DNA of 64,000 nt from Longimicrobiales bacterium (GTDB taxonomy: Bacteria > Gemmatimonadota > Gemmatimonadetes > Longimicrobiales > Gaopeijiaceae), in contig CATQHQ010000001.1 in assembly GCA_958296005.1 (NCBI GenBank), positions 200,134-264,133 on the forward strand, in the 5' to 3' direction. Shown here piece by piece: positions 21,607 through 30,644 of the stretch. Numbering within the stretch: the stretch's first letter is position 1; the number at the start of each line of letters is the position of its first letter. The translations under genes were made by a program, and so were the position numbers. The notes beneath the pieces were generated by a model that was not told the origin of the DNA, made no database searches, and saw nothing but the letters and a program-made list of their open reading frames with translations.

Positions 21607-22494
21607 CTAGTGGACCGAAGCGCCCAGCCCCATGGCGACGCCGGGGAAGCTCAGCCGGTCCAGGGTGCGGCGCTCCCCGAACGCCGACACCAAGCCGTCG
21701 ACTGCCCGGAACCGGTCGGGCTCGAAGCGGGCCACCAAGTGGGAGAGGCCGTGACGCATCCGGTAGAGGCTCCGGCGCGCCTCGCCGAACTCCACCGGCA
21801 CGCCGAAGCGCACCCGGTAGCCTCGGTGGTGCTCGCCGTCGCTCCCGTCGCCGCCGAACCGCGTGGCGGGAAGGCCGGGGAAGAGTTCGCGCAGGGCGGT
21901 CTCCAGCGCGGGATCGGGTCCGGCGGGGGAGGTCTCGAACACCAGGGCGGCGTCGTCGTACTCCAGATGAACCCGGACCAGCCTCCCGCCCCCGGTCGCG
22001 ATCCGCACGGCGGTGCCTTCGTGGAGGTCGAGGTCCTGGCAGAGGTCGCGGTAGCCAAGCCGGAGAAGCGTGGGGCGCGTCAGCGGCGTGAACCCCTTCC
22101 TGGCCAGCACCCGCAGAGCCAAGTCGAAGCAGTACCGTTCCAGCCTGGCACCGGCGGGCCGTTCCTCCGCTGCGTCGAGGGCGAGACGGCGGAGATGGGC
22201 CAGGGTGGGCTCGTAGACCCAGTCCAGAACCACAAGCTCGGAGCTCAGATCGAGGAACTTCGTCTCGGCGGACCCTAGGTCGATCGCCCGCACCGACGAC
22301 GCGAAGCGGCCCTCCACGACGACGGCCAAGCCGATGTCCTGGATCCGCCCGCCCGGGTAGTCGAGCTCGTGCACGTCGCCGTACTGAACGACAGCCCGGG
22401 TCAGGGGCAGTTCGCAGACGCCCGGGACGTCGGCCATGGCCTCGGGACGGCGGCTGGCGGCAGTGGTCGTCAACATGGCAGCTACGATAAGCAT
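21607..22494 (-). CDS. hypothetical protein
   Basis: 295-aa ORF with protein-like composition and no recognisable motif. Start is ambiguous (ATG at 22494, 22476 or 22437). Confidence 0.55.
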   Translation of the reverse strand: MLIVAAMLTTTAASRRPEAMADVPGVCELPLTRAVVQYGDVHELDYPGGRIQDIGLAVVVEGRFASSVRAIDLGSAETKFLDLSSELVVLDWVYEPTLAHLRRLALDAAEERPAGARLERYCFDLALRVLARKGFTPLTRPTLLRLGYRDLCQDLDLHEGTAVRIATGGGRLVRVHLEYDDAALVFETSPAGPDPALETALRELFPGLPATRFGGDGSDGEHHRGYRVRFGVPVEFGEARRSLYRMRHGLSHLVARFEPDRFRAVDGLVSAFGERRTLDRLSFPGVAMGLGASVH

Positions 22495-22517
22495 ATGTTT
22501 ACGGGAACGGCAAGCCG

Positions 22518-22546
22518 TTGACGCGCGCCGCCGATTCTTCCATCAT
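22518..22546 (+). promoter_or_regulatory. candidate sigma70-like promoter for tRNA-Asn
   Basis: TTGACG (22518-23), 17-nt spacer, CATCAT (22541-46). The mature tRNA 5' end lies 23 nt downstream. Confidence 0.3.
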
Positions 22547-22568
22547 TCGGGCCGTTTTCCACTTTCGG

Positions 22569-22641
22569 TCCCGCGTAGCTCAGCTGGTAGAGCAGACGGC
22601 TGTTAACCGTCGGGTCGCAGGTTCGAGTCCTGCCGCGGGAG
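22569..22641 (+). tRNA. tRNA-Asn (anticodon GTT)
   Basis: 73-nt cloverleaf folded by hand. Acceptor TCCCGCG/CGCGGGA. D-arm GCTC-AGCTGGTA-GAGC. Anticodon arm GACGG-CTGTTAA-CCGTC. Variable loop GGGTC. T-arm GCAGG-TTCGAGT-CCTGC. Discriminator G. CCA is not encoded. Confidence 0.95.
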
Positions 22642-23772
22642 CTTCAAGGCCGACAGTGCCGCCACGAACGCGTCCACTTCGTCGGTCGTGTTGTAGAAAT
22701 GAGGGCTGGCACGCACGATCCCCGGCCGCTGGTCCACCACGATCCCTTGTTCGGCCAGTTGGCCCACGGCCTCCGCCGGCGACGGATGCTGCACGGGCAC
22801 GATCGCCGACCGGCTCGCTCGGTCCGGCGGCGTCCGAACCCGGAACCCGGCCTCTCGACATGCGTCCGCCAGCCGCTCCGCCAGCATGAGGTTGCGAGAG
22901 CGGATCGCCGAGACGCCCACTTGGTCGATGATCTCCTGTCCCCCCAGAGCCGTGTGCACGGTGGGGAGCGACGGCGTGCCCAGCTCGAAGCGGCGGGCGT
23001 CGTCGTGGTAGCGGAAGTCGCCGGAGTTGAAGAGGAACTGGTCCTGGGTGGCGAACCAGCTGGTGATCCTGGGGGTCAAGCTGCCGGCCAGCTCCTCGCG
23101 GACGTAGAGGTACGCCAGCCCCGGGCCGCCGCAGAGCCACTTGAGGGGTCCCGCGGTGTAGAAGTCCACCCCTGCGGCGGGGAGGTCCAGCGGGAGTTGG
23201 CCTGCTCCCTGATAGCCGTCGATGATCGTGAAGGCGCCTGCGCGGCGGGCGATCGCGGCGATCGCGGCCAAATCCTGAACCGCTCCCGTCGTGAAGAAGA
23301 CGTGGCTGGTGGCGACGGCCAGGGTCCTGTCGTCCACGGCGTCGGCGAACTGCTGGGGGTCGATGGCGACGCCGTCCGCGCTCTTCAGCACCACGAGCTC
23401 GGCTTCCGGTCGCACCATCCAAGGGTAGAGGAGAGTGGGGAAGTCCAGCTCCGTGGCGACGATCCGGTTGCGCCTTGTCCGCCGGCTCCACTCCAGGCTC
23501 GAGGAAGCCACGGCCAAGCAGGCGGAAGTGGACGGCAGGAGGGCCACCGTCCCTTCCGGAGCGCCGAAGGTCGCCTCCACGCGCCGCCGCAGGTCGCCCA
23601 GGAGACCCCACCAGTGATCGTACCAAGCCGCCGCGCCCAGATCGTGCCACAGCCGCGTGAAGTCGCCCAGACGTTCTTCCGAGCGTAGCGACAGCGCTCC
23701 CAGCGAGCACGAATTCAAGTAGTTTCGGCGGAGGAGGATCGGGAAGATCTCCCGGATGCGTTGGGTCTCCAT
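22603..23772 (-). CDS. class V aminotransferase-fold PLP enzyme (cysteine desulfurase/kynureninase-like)
   Basis: 'IFPILLRRNYLNSCSLGAL', 'ATSHVFFTTGAVQDL', 'FTIIDGYQGAGQLPLD', 'FYTAGPLKWLCGGPGLAYLYV'. Start ATG 23772 (METQRIREI). The first in-frame stop lies inside the tRNA-Asn gene on the opposite strand. Confidence 0.85.
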   Translation of the reverse strand: METQRIREIFPILLRRNYLNSCSLGALSLRSEERLGDFTRLWHDLGAAAWYDHWWGLLGDLRRRVEATFGAPEGTVALLPSTSACLAVASSSLEWSRRTRRNRIVATELDFPTLLYPWMVRPEAELVVLKSADGVAIDPQQFADAVDDRTLAVATSHVFFTTGAVQDLAAIAAIARRAGAFTIIDGYQGAGQLPLDLPAAGVDFYTAGPLKWLCGGPGLAYLYVREELAGSLTPRITSWFATQDQFLFNSGDFRYHDDARRFELGTPSLPTVHTALGGQEIIDQVGVSAIRSRNLMLAERLADACREAGFRVRTPPDRASRSAIVPVQHPSPAEAVGQLAEQGIVVDQRPGIVRASPHFYNTTDEVDAFVAALSALKLPRQDSNLRPDG

Positions 23773-23802
23773 GGGAACGAAGCTACACTCGCCCGGCGGT
23801 CG

Positions 23803-25044
23803 GTGCCCGGCTCGCTGAACAGCCGGCTGAACGGCCCGCTGGACTCGGAAAGGGTCGTCGCCGAGGCCGTCGCCCTCGGGTTCGAGACGGCCGGGGTCGC
23901 GACCGGAAGCCGAAGCGGCCACGTCGCCCACTTCCGAGAGTGGATCCGCGCAGGGCTTCACGGTGAGATGGGGTACCTGGCCCGGCGTTCCGCGGTGGAG
24001 CGACGAAGCGACCTGACGCGGACGCTGGACGGGTTTCGGAGCGCAGTGGTCGTGGCTCACTCCTACGCCGACGCGGATCCCGCTGCTGGTTCCGGCGACC
24101 GATCGCGAGCGGTGGTCGCCCGCTACGCCAGGGGGCGCGACTACCACCACGTCGTTGGGGAACGGCTGGAGGAATTGGGGGACCGTCTGGAGGCGGCGGC
24201 CGGGAGGCCGGTGCAGCGCAGGGCGTACGTGGACACGGGGCCGGTCCTGGAGCGCGACCTGGCCCAGCGCGCCGGACTCGGGTGGTTCGGCAAGAACACG
24301 ATGCTGATCCACCCTAGGCGCGGCTCCTACTTCTTTCTGGGCGTGCTCTTGACCGACCTGCCGCTGGCTCCTTCATCGCCGTTCCGCGAGGACCACTGCG
24401 GGAGCTGCCGACGGTGCATCGACGCCTGTCCCACCGGCGCGCTGCTGGGCCGCCACGAGGACGGCGCTCCCGTAATCGACGCCCGGCGGTGCATCTCCTA
24501 CCTGACGATCGAGTTGCGCGGCGCGGTTCCCCGCCACCTGCGTCCGGCGATCGGCAACCGGGTGTTCGGCTGCGACATCTGCCAGGAGGCGTGTCCCTGG
24601 AACGAGAGCTTCGCGACGCCGGCGAGCGAGCCCGCCTACATGTCCCGGCCCGACCTGGACCGCCCGTCGCTGGTGGAGCTGGCGCGCCGGCTGCTGGCGA
24701 TGTCGGGGAAGGGGTTCCAGCGCGAGTACGCCGGGTCGCCGTTGTCGCGGGCGGGGCGCAAGGGGATGCTCCGCAACGTGTGCGTGGCGCTGGGCAACTG
24801 GGGAGATCAAGAGGCGGGGCCGGTGCTGGCGGCGGCGTTGGCCGATCCGGCGCCTCTGGTGCGCGCCCACGCGGCCTGGGCGCTGGGGCGGGTGGGGTCG
24901 GCGGAGGCACTGGCGGCGCTGGCGACGCGGCGCGAAGTGGAGACGGATCGGACGGTGCTGGCAGAGGTCGAGGCGGCACTGCGGGAGGCGGAGGCGGACG
25001 ATACGCAGGGCAGCGACGTGTGCCTCGACATCGTGGACGGGTGA
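23803..25044 (+). CDS. queG: tRNA epoxyqueuosine(34) reductase
   Basis: 'HGEMGYLAR', 'GLGWFGKNTMLI', 4Fe-4S motifs 'CGSCRRCIDACPTGAL' and 'FGCDICQEACPWN', 'CISYLTIE', C-terminal HEAT-like 'LVRAHAAWALGRVG'. Start is either GTG 23803 or TTG 23761. The TTG would overlap the divergent aminotransferase start. Confidence 0.9.
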   Translation: MPGSLNSRLNGPLDSERVVAEAVALGFETAGVATGSRSGHVAHFREWIRAGLHGEMGYLARRSAVERRSDLTRTLDGFRSAVVVAHSYADADPAAGSGDRSRAVVARYARGRDYHHVVGERLEELGDRLEAAAGRPVQRRAYVDTGPVLERDLAQRAGLGWFGKNTMLIHPRRGSYFFLGVLLTDLPLAPSSPFREDHCGSCRRCIDACPTGALLGRHEDGAPVIDARRCISYLTIELRGAVPRHLRPAIGNRVFGCDICQEACPWNESFATPASEPAYMSRPDLDRPSLVELARRLLAMSGKGFQREYAGSPLSRAGRKGMLRNVCVALGNWGDQEAGPVLAAALADPAPLVRAHAAWALGRVGSAEALAALATRREVETDRTVLAEVEAALREAEADDTQGSDVCLDIVDG

Positions 25045-25117
25045 CTTCGGCTGGCTCTGCCGCATACCTTGGCGCAGCATCGCGTGCCGACCGCCACCCG
25101 CCGAAGGATCGTCCGCC

Positions 25118-26854
25118 ATGAAGTGTCTGCTCCCAGCCCCGCGGCCAGCCGCTCTCTCCGTGCTGCTCGTCCTGGCGGTCCTCGCCTTTCCACCTCCCGG
25201 CGCACTCGCCGTCCAGCACTTCGATGTGCTCTTCCGTGGCGGGCGGGTGCTGGACGGGACGGGCGGGCCCGCCGTGGTCGCCGACGTTGGCGTGGTCGGG
25301 AGCGAGATCGTCGCCGTCGGCAAGCTGGCCAGGGCGACGGCCGACCGCGTCGTCGACGCCACGGGGCTGCACGTGGTCCCGGGCTTCATCGACATGCACT
25401 CTCACGCCGACCGGTCGTTCGCCTCCGACGACATGGAGGCCCGGCGCGCGCACAACTTGGTCATGCAGGGGATCACCACGTCCGTTTTCGGGCCGGACGG
25501 GCGCAACCCGGTGTGGCCGATCGCCGACGAGATGGCGGCGTACCGCACGCCGGGAGTCGCCACCAACGTGGTCCCGATGGTGGGCCACGGCACTGTTCGG
25601 GGGCTGGTCATGGGCGACGACTACGAGCGCCCCGCCACCGAAGCCGAAGTCGCCGAGATGGCGGCGCTGGTGCGCAGCGGGATGGAGGACGGCGCGTGGG
25701 GGCTGGGCGCGGGACCCGAGTACCGTCCCGGGCGGTTCAGCGCCACAGCGGAGCTGATCGCGCTGGCCAAGGTCGTCGCCGATTACGACGGGTTCTACTA
25801 CGCGCACCAGCGGAGCCAGTCGCCGCTGCCTCTCTGGCAGACGCCCTCGATCGTGGACGACCAGCCGCTGACCGGAACCGACGGGATGCGGGAGACGATC
25901 GAGATCGGCCGGGCGGCGGGGATCCGCGTCGTGGGCACCCACATCAAGGCGAAGGGAACCGACAGCTGGGGCCACGCGGCGATCGACGTTCTCATGATCG
26001 ACGCCGCCCGAGCCGAAGGCGTGCAAGTCTACCTGGACCAGTACCCCTACGAGACGTTCGGCGGCGGACCCGTGGACGTGATCCCCGACTGGGGCTTCGC
26101 TCCCCCCGGCACCGACCGGTCGGGCGGGCTGGACGCGCCGATCTGGCGGGACGAGGAGCTGCTGAAGGACCACAAGGCCAACCTGCAGGCCAACTTGGCG
26201 GATCCGTCGATCGGGCCGGAGTTGGTGCGGGACACGGAGTACGTGCTGCGACTGCAAGGCGGCGCGGACCGCCATGTGGTCGTCTTGGCGCCGGACTTCC
26301 CGGAGACGGTGGGACGCAACTTGGCCGAGATCGCGGCGGAAGCAGGGCGGACGCCCTTCGAGCAGCTCGTCCGCTTCGCCGTCGACGCGACCCGGCTCTT
26401 GCCGGCAGGCGTGCGCTTCCGGCCCGTCGCCGGCCACCGCTTCGACGTGGAGCACTACATGCGGCAGGAGTATACGGCCACCTCCACCGACGGCTTCGTC
26501 TCGCTGGAGACGCGCCCCGGGCAGCACCCACGGTCCTACGGCGCCTTCCCCCGCAAGATCGCCCACTACGTGAAGGAGCGGGGCGTGATCACGCTGCCGT
26601 TCGCGGTCCGGTCGTCCACCGGGTTGCCCGCCCAGATCGTCGGGCTGAAGGACAGGGGCTACGTGCGGGAGGGGTACAAGGCGGACTTGGTCGTGTTCGA
26701 CTACCAGACCATCTCGGCCCCCGCTACCATCATGGAACCCGACCGGTACCCGACGGGTATTCGGTACGTCGTCGTGAACGGCCGGTTCACGGTGGACGAA
26801 GGCAGGCCTACGGGGGCTCTGCCTGGCGAGGTTCTCGACCGGCGGTACAGATAA
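25118..26854 (+). CDS. N-acyl-D-amino-acid deacylase (D-aminoacylase) family amidohydrolase, secreted
   Basis: Signal peptide. 'FDVLFRGGRVLDGTG', 'VVPGFIDMHSHAD', C-terminal 'GYKADLVVFD'. Confidence 0.88.
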   Translation: MKCLLPAPRPAALSVLLVLAVLAFPPPGALAVQHFDVLFRGGRVLDGTGGPAVVADVGVVGSEIVAVGKLARATADRVVDATGLHVVPGFIDMHSHADRSFASDDMEARRAHNLVMQGITTSVFGPDGRNPVWPIADEMAAYRTPGVATNVVPMVGHGTVRGLVMGDDYERPATEAEVAEMAALVRSGMEDGAWGLGAGPEYRPGRFSATAELIALAKVVADYDGFYYAHQRSQSPLPLWQTPSIVDDQPLTGTDGMRETIEIGRAAGIRVVGTHIKAKGTDSWGHAAIDVLMIDAARAEGVQVYLDQYPYETFGGGPVDVIPDWGFAPPGTDRSGGLDAPIWRDEELLKDHKANLQANLADPSIGPELVRDTEYVLRLQGGADRHVVVLAPDFPETVGRNLAEIAAEAGRTPFEQLVRFAVDATRLLPAGVRFRPVAGHRFDVEHYMRQEYTATSTDGFVSLETRPGQHPRSYGAFPRKIAHYVKERGVITLPFAVRSSTGLPAQIVGLKDRGYVREGYKADLVVFDYQTISAPATIMEPDRYPTGIRYVVVNGRFTVDEGRPTGALPGEVLDRRYR

Positions 26855-26865
26855 GGGAGCGATCG

Positions 26866-27597
26866 ATGTCTTGGTTCCAGAGGAAGCGCGCGGCGATGGC
26901 GCTCGCATCGCTTGGGCTGGTGGGTGCGACGCCTCTGGTGGGCGAAGCGCAGTCCGCCGCAGAGCAGTCGGCGTTTCGGGGCGAACTCGTGTTCTACGGC
27001 GACTTCGCCCTGCCCGTCGGGGAGTTCGGCGACAACGTGGACGTAGGGGGCGGAGGGGGGCTGGCGGGCGTGTGGCTGCTCGACGCCGACGGGATGATCG
27101 GGTTGCGCGCCGACGCCACCTTCGTGCTCTACGGCTACGAGTCGGAGCGGCGGCGCTTCAGCCTCACGGTTCCGGAGGTGGGCGTGGACGTGCGCACCAC
27201 CAACTACATCGTGACGGGAGGCGTCGGCCCGCAGATCTTCTTGGCAACCGGCCCGATTCGGCCCTACGTCTTCGGAACGGTGGGCGTCTCCTACTTCGCC
27301 ACCGAAACCACGGTAGGGGGCGGCGACCGGCAGGAGGACATCGCGTCAAGCACCAACTTGCGGGACACGAGCTTGGCGCTCACGGGCGGGGGAGGCTTCT
27401 CGATCCGGGTCTCCAGCGGCGTCAACCCGGTGTCTCTAGACTTTGGGGCCTCCTACCAGTACAACGGCGAAACCGAGTACCTGACGAGCGGCAATTTGGA
27501 GAAGGCCTCGCGCCGGCAAGGTCGGCGCTTCGTCCCGATCTTGAGCCAGACGAACATGGCGATCTTCCGAGTGGGCGTGACGCTGGGGACAAGCTGA
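26866..27597 (+). CDS. outer-membrane beta-barrel protein (OmpW/porin-like, unassigned)
   Basis: AAGGGAG Shine-Dalgarno motif 7 nt upstream of ATG 26866. Signal peptide '...ASLGLVGATPLVGEAQS'. Alternating hydrophobic strands. Aromatic-rich C-terminal strand 'MAIFRVGVTLGTS'. Confidence 0.75.
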   Translation: MSWFQRKRAAMALASLGLVGATPLVGEAQSAAEQSAFRGELVFYGDFALPVGEFGDNVDVGGGGGLAGVWLLDADGMIGLRADATFVLYGYESERRRFSLTVPEVGVDVRTTNYIVTGGVGPQIFLATGPIRPYVFGTVGVSYFATETTVGGGDRQEDIASSTNLRDTSLALTGGGGFSIRVSSGVNPVSLDFGASYQYNGETEYLTSGNLEKASRRQGRRFVPILSQTNMAIFRVGVTLGTS

Positions 27598-27617
27598 CTG
27601 CAAACACCCCCAGGCTC

Positions 27618-27654
27618 GCCCGCCGCCCCGCGCGGAAGCTTGGGGGCGGCGGGC
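27618..27654. terminator. bidirectional GC-rich hairpin between convergent genes
   Basis: Perfect 12-bp inverted repeat GCCCGCCGCCCC (27618-29) / GGGGCGGCGGGC (27643-54) with a 13-nt loop. It sits in the 80-nt spacer between the OMP stop (27597) and the LVIVD-protein stop (27678). No U-tract. Confidence 0.5.
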
Positions 27655-27677
27655 AAGCGCCCTAGTGCGATATCAGG

Positions 27678-29744
27678 TCAGCCGGCGTCGGCCAAGCGCC
27701 GGACGGCGTCTGCCAGCTTGTTCACCTTGGCGGGGTCGCTGGAGCCGCTGCCGTCCATATCCAGACCGTCGGCGAGGGCGCGCAACGTTCTGCTCCGGGC
27801 CATGCCGGAGCTGGACTCGGCGTCCGCCAAAGCGCCGAGGACCTCCCCGAGGCGCATCCTCGAGAGTCCGCCGGAGCGCACTAGCTGGTCGACGTAGGCC
27901 CGGGCCAGGGCGAACGTCGCCGGCCACTCGAAGATCGGCTGGCCCTGCGAGTTGAGCTGGTCGAGGCGCACCGAGTTGGCGGCGTCGATCTCGTTCTGGG
28001 TGAGGACTTCGCTCGGAACCAACTCCAGGATGTCGAGCCCGCGAGCGATCTCGGAGTTGACGATCAACCCGTTGTACCAGTACACGGACCAGCTGCCGGC
28101 CATCTCCATCCGTTCCCCGTTCAGGGGGCCGCGGTCGAAGTAGGCGATCTCCGTCGGGTTGCCGGGGTCGGTCCAGTCGATCAGCGAGATGCCGCCCTGG
28201 TACCAGCCCTGAATCATGATGTCGCGACCGGGGATCGGGATCAGCGACCCGTTGTGGGCCACGCAGTTCTCTTGGGGTGTCTGGGCAGCGGGGAGCTTGA
28301 AGTAGCTGTGGAAGACCATCTCGCCGTCTTCGATCGTGAAGATCGCGTTGGCGCCCCACTCCATCGGGTCCAGCGCCCGGCACTTCGGCGCTCCGCCCCC
28401 ACCCCACTCGTCGGTGAAGAGGACGGCGGTGCCGTCGTTGTTGAAGGTGGCGGAGTGCCAGTAGGCGAAGTTGGAGTCGGCCACCGCGGCTAGGCGTCTG
28501 GGGTTGACCGGGTCCTGGATGTCGATGAGCAGCCCGTAGCCTCCGCAAGCGCCGCCCGCCAAGCCGATGGCGGGGTAGACCGTGATGTCGTGGCACTGGG
28601 TGGGACCGGGAGCGGGGCCCTCTTCCTCCGACTGGTTGCCCATCTGCGCCGCCATCGCGTCGAGCTGCTCCCGCAACGCGGTGCTGTCGGCCGCCGTGGG
28701 GTCGCCTTCGCCTCCCCTCTGACTCACGATCTGTGCCAGCATCTGCGCGGCGAACCGGTCGGGCACGACTTGCGAGCCCTGTCCCGGAATGTCTACCACG
28801 AACGCGCCCCTTGCCCGGGCCACCTCGATCTCGGCCAGGTCGGCCTCCGACGGGCCGTGGACGGGCGGCGCCACCAAGTCTTGGAAGATGCGAGGCGAAC
28901 TCACGATCTCGGCGCTCTGCGGATCGTCCAGCGGCACTCGGATCACCTCGATGCGGAAGAGGGCCGAGTTCGGGTCCTCGTCGGGCGACAGGCCGGAGCA
29001 GCCCGCCAACTCGTCGGCCGGTCGCACGCCCGCCGAGCCGGAGACGTAGATATAGACGTTGTCGTCGTCGCCTGGGTGCTTCAGGACGGTGTGGGTGTGG
29101 GAGCCCCGGCAGGTCTGGACGTTGGCGACGTACTCGGGAGCGGTGATGTCGGAGATGTCGAAGATGCGGATGCCTCGTAGCCGGTGGTGGCTGACGGCCT
29201 CTTGGACGCCCTCGTCGCCGCAGTCCAGTCGCCCGCTCAACCCCTCGCCGGAGACGAACAGCAGGTTGTCGTAGACCGACACGTCGCTCTGGGACGCCGG
29301 ACAGACGTAGGTAACTACCGACGTAGGCTGGGCTGGGTTGGAGATGTCCCACACCTGGATCCCGTCGTAGTTGCCCTGGATGGCGTAGTTGCCGGTGAAG
29401 GCCAAGTCCGAGTTAGTTTGGCCGACGAACGGCTCCTCGGGGGGTGTGGCCGAGACCAGCCTCATGTTCCATATCGCCTCGCCGGCGTCGAACATGCCCG
29501 GGGCGAGTCCGATGCGAGGGTCGGGGGAAGGCGGGCTGGCCGCGTCGGCGACGAGCGCCAACGACGGGACGACGGCCATCGCGGCCGCTCCTGGCTGGAC
29601 GGCGGCGGCGGGAGCCATGTCGGTGCTCCCGTACTGGGACGCGCAGCCGGCAACGGCAGCCGCGGCGGCCAGGCTCGCCAAGCCGGCAAGCACGCGCGTG
29701 GGGGTCCGCCGAGCAGGCGCGGCGGATGTTGAAGACAAGGTCAT
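27678..29744 (-). CDS. LVIVD-repeat beta-propeller lipoprotein
   Basis: Lipobox 'AAAVAGCAS'. Repeated strand motifs 'GIQVWDISNP', 'GIRIFDISDI', 'GLLIDIQDP', 'ISLIDWTDP', 'GLDILEL'. Confidence 0.75.
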   Translation of the reverse strand: MTLSSTSAAPARRTPTRVLAGLASLAAAAAVAGCASQYGSTDMAPAAAVQPGAAAMAVVPSLALVADAASPPSPDPRIGLAPGMFDAGEAIWNMRLVSATPPEEPFVGQTNSDLAFTGNYAIQGNYDGIQVWDISNPAQPTSVVTYVCPASQSDVSVYDNLLFVSGEGLSGRLDCGDEGVQEAVSHHRLRGIRIFDISDITAPEYVANVQTCRGSHTHTVLKHPGDDDNVYIYVSGSAGVRPADELAGCSGLSPDEDPNSALFRIEVIRVPLDDPQSAEIVSSPRIFQDLVAPPVHGPSEADLAEIEVARARGAFVVDIPGQGSQVVPDRFAAQMLAQIVSQRGGEGDPTAADSTALREQLDAMAAQMGNQSEEEGPAPGPTQCHDITVYPAIGLAGGACGGYGLLIDIQDPVNPRRLAAVADSNFAYWHSATFNNDGTAVLFTDEWGGGGAPKCRALDPMEWGANAIFTIEDGEMVFHSYFKLPAAQTPQENCVAHNGSLIPIPGRDIMIQGWYQGGISLIDWTDPGNPTEIAYFDRGPLNGERMEMAGSWSVYWYNGLIVNSEIARGLDILELVPSEVLTQNEIDAANSVRLDQLNSQGQPIFEWPATFALARAYVDQLVRSGGLSRMRLGEVLGALADAESSSGMARSRTLRALADGLDMDGSGSSDPAKVNKLADAVRRLADAG

Positions 29745-29745
29745 G

Positions 29746-30462
29746 TCAGCTTCCTGGATGGGGGGTTGGTTGCTGCGGGCTGGGCGGTAGAGCGTCCAGC
29801 ATCAGTTGCATGCGGTGTATCTCGGAGCCTTGGTCCGCTTGGATGTCGGAGGCCAGCTTGAACACGAAGTCGCCCTGGGCGGCCCCGTCGGTGCCGAACA
29901 GCTCCTCCACCATCGTGACCGCGCCCTCGTGGTGCATGATCATGTACTTGAGGAAGAGGCGGTCGAAGTCGGGGCCGCGGGCGTGCCGCAGCTCGTCGAG
30001 CTGCTCGGGAGTGAGCATCCCGGGCATGTGCATGGCGTGCTCGGGGCCGTGGACCATGAAGCGGCCGCCCTCGGTGTGGAGCTGGGGCACGGGGAGGCCT
30101 CGGTCCGCCAGCCACCGCTGCATGACCGCGATCTCGTCCTTCTGAGCGTTGATGATGCGGGTGCACAGCGTTTGGATCGTGGGACTGGCGTCGTTGTCGG
30201 GCGCGAACCCGGACATGACCAGCGCCTGCCCGTGGTGGCCGATCATGCCGGTCATGAAGTGCACGTCGGCGTCGTGGTAGTTCTCCATGACGCTTTCGGC
30301 CCGGGCTTGGTACAGGGCCTCCAGCTCGGCGGCGCGGGCGGCGGTGGGACGGGTGGGCTCGGCTCCGGGCGACGCGGGGCTGCCCGCGGTCGCGCAACCT
30401 TGGAGGGCCGCGGCGACGGTTGCCACGACGACGGACGCGACGGGAGTTCGGCAGTTCTTCAT
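29746..30462 (-). CDS. DUF305 family lipoprotein (four-helix, His-rich; metal/copper-stress associated)
   Basis: Lipobox 'AAALQGCAT'. Duplicated DUF305 motifs 'DVHFMTGMIGHHGQALVMS' and 'DRLFLKYMIMHHEGAVTMV'. Ends 1 nt before the LVIVD gene start. Confidence 0.85.
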   Translation of the reverse strand: MKNCRTPVASVVVATVAAALQGCATAGSPASPGAEPTRPTAARAAELEALYQARAESVMENYHDADVHFMTGMIGHHGQALVMSGFAPDNDASPTIQTLCTRIINAQKDEIAVMQRWLADRGLPVPQLHTEGGRFMVHGPEHAMHMPGMLTPEQLDELRHARGPDFDRLFLKYMIMHHEGAVTMVEELFGTDGAAQGDFVFKLASDIQADQGSEIHRMQLMLDALPPSPQQPTPHPGS

Positions 30463-30644
30463 CTAACCAATGTACGGAATCGGCGAGCGTTCGGTTACTG
30501 GGCGACGTGCTCGCGGACGGCTCGAGCCGGGGCGGGCGAAGCGCATCCGCTCGTCCAACAGTACCTTCAAGCGACGGCCGCGTTGAACCGCGGCGGACGG
30601 CGACGAACTCATAATTCGAAGGCGACGCAAGGCCGGAGCGACCT

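Noticed and set aside
24314-26908. 864-aa minus-strand ORF
   Set aside because: Antisense to queG and the D-aminoacylase gene. Pro/Arg/Gly-rich.
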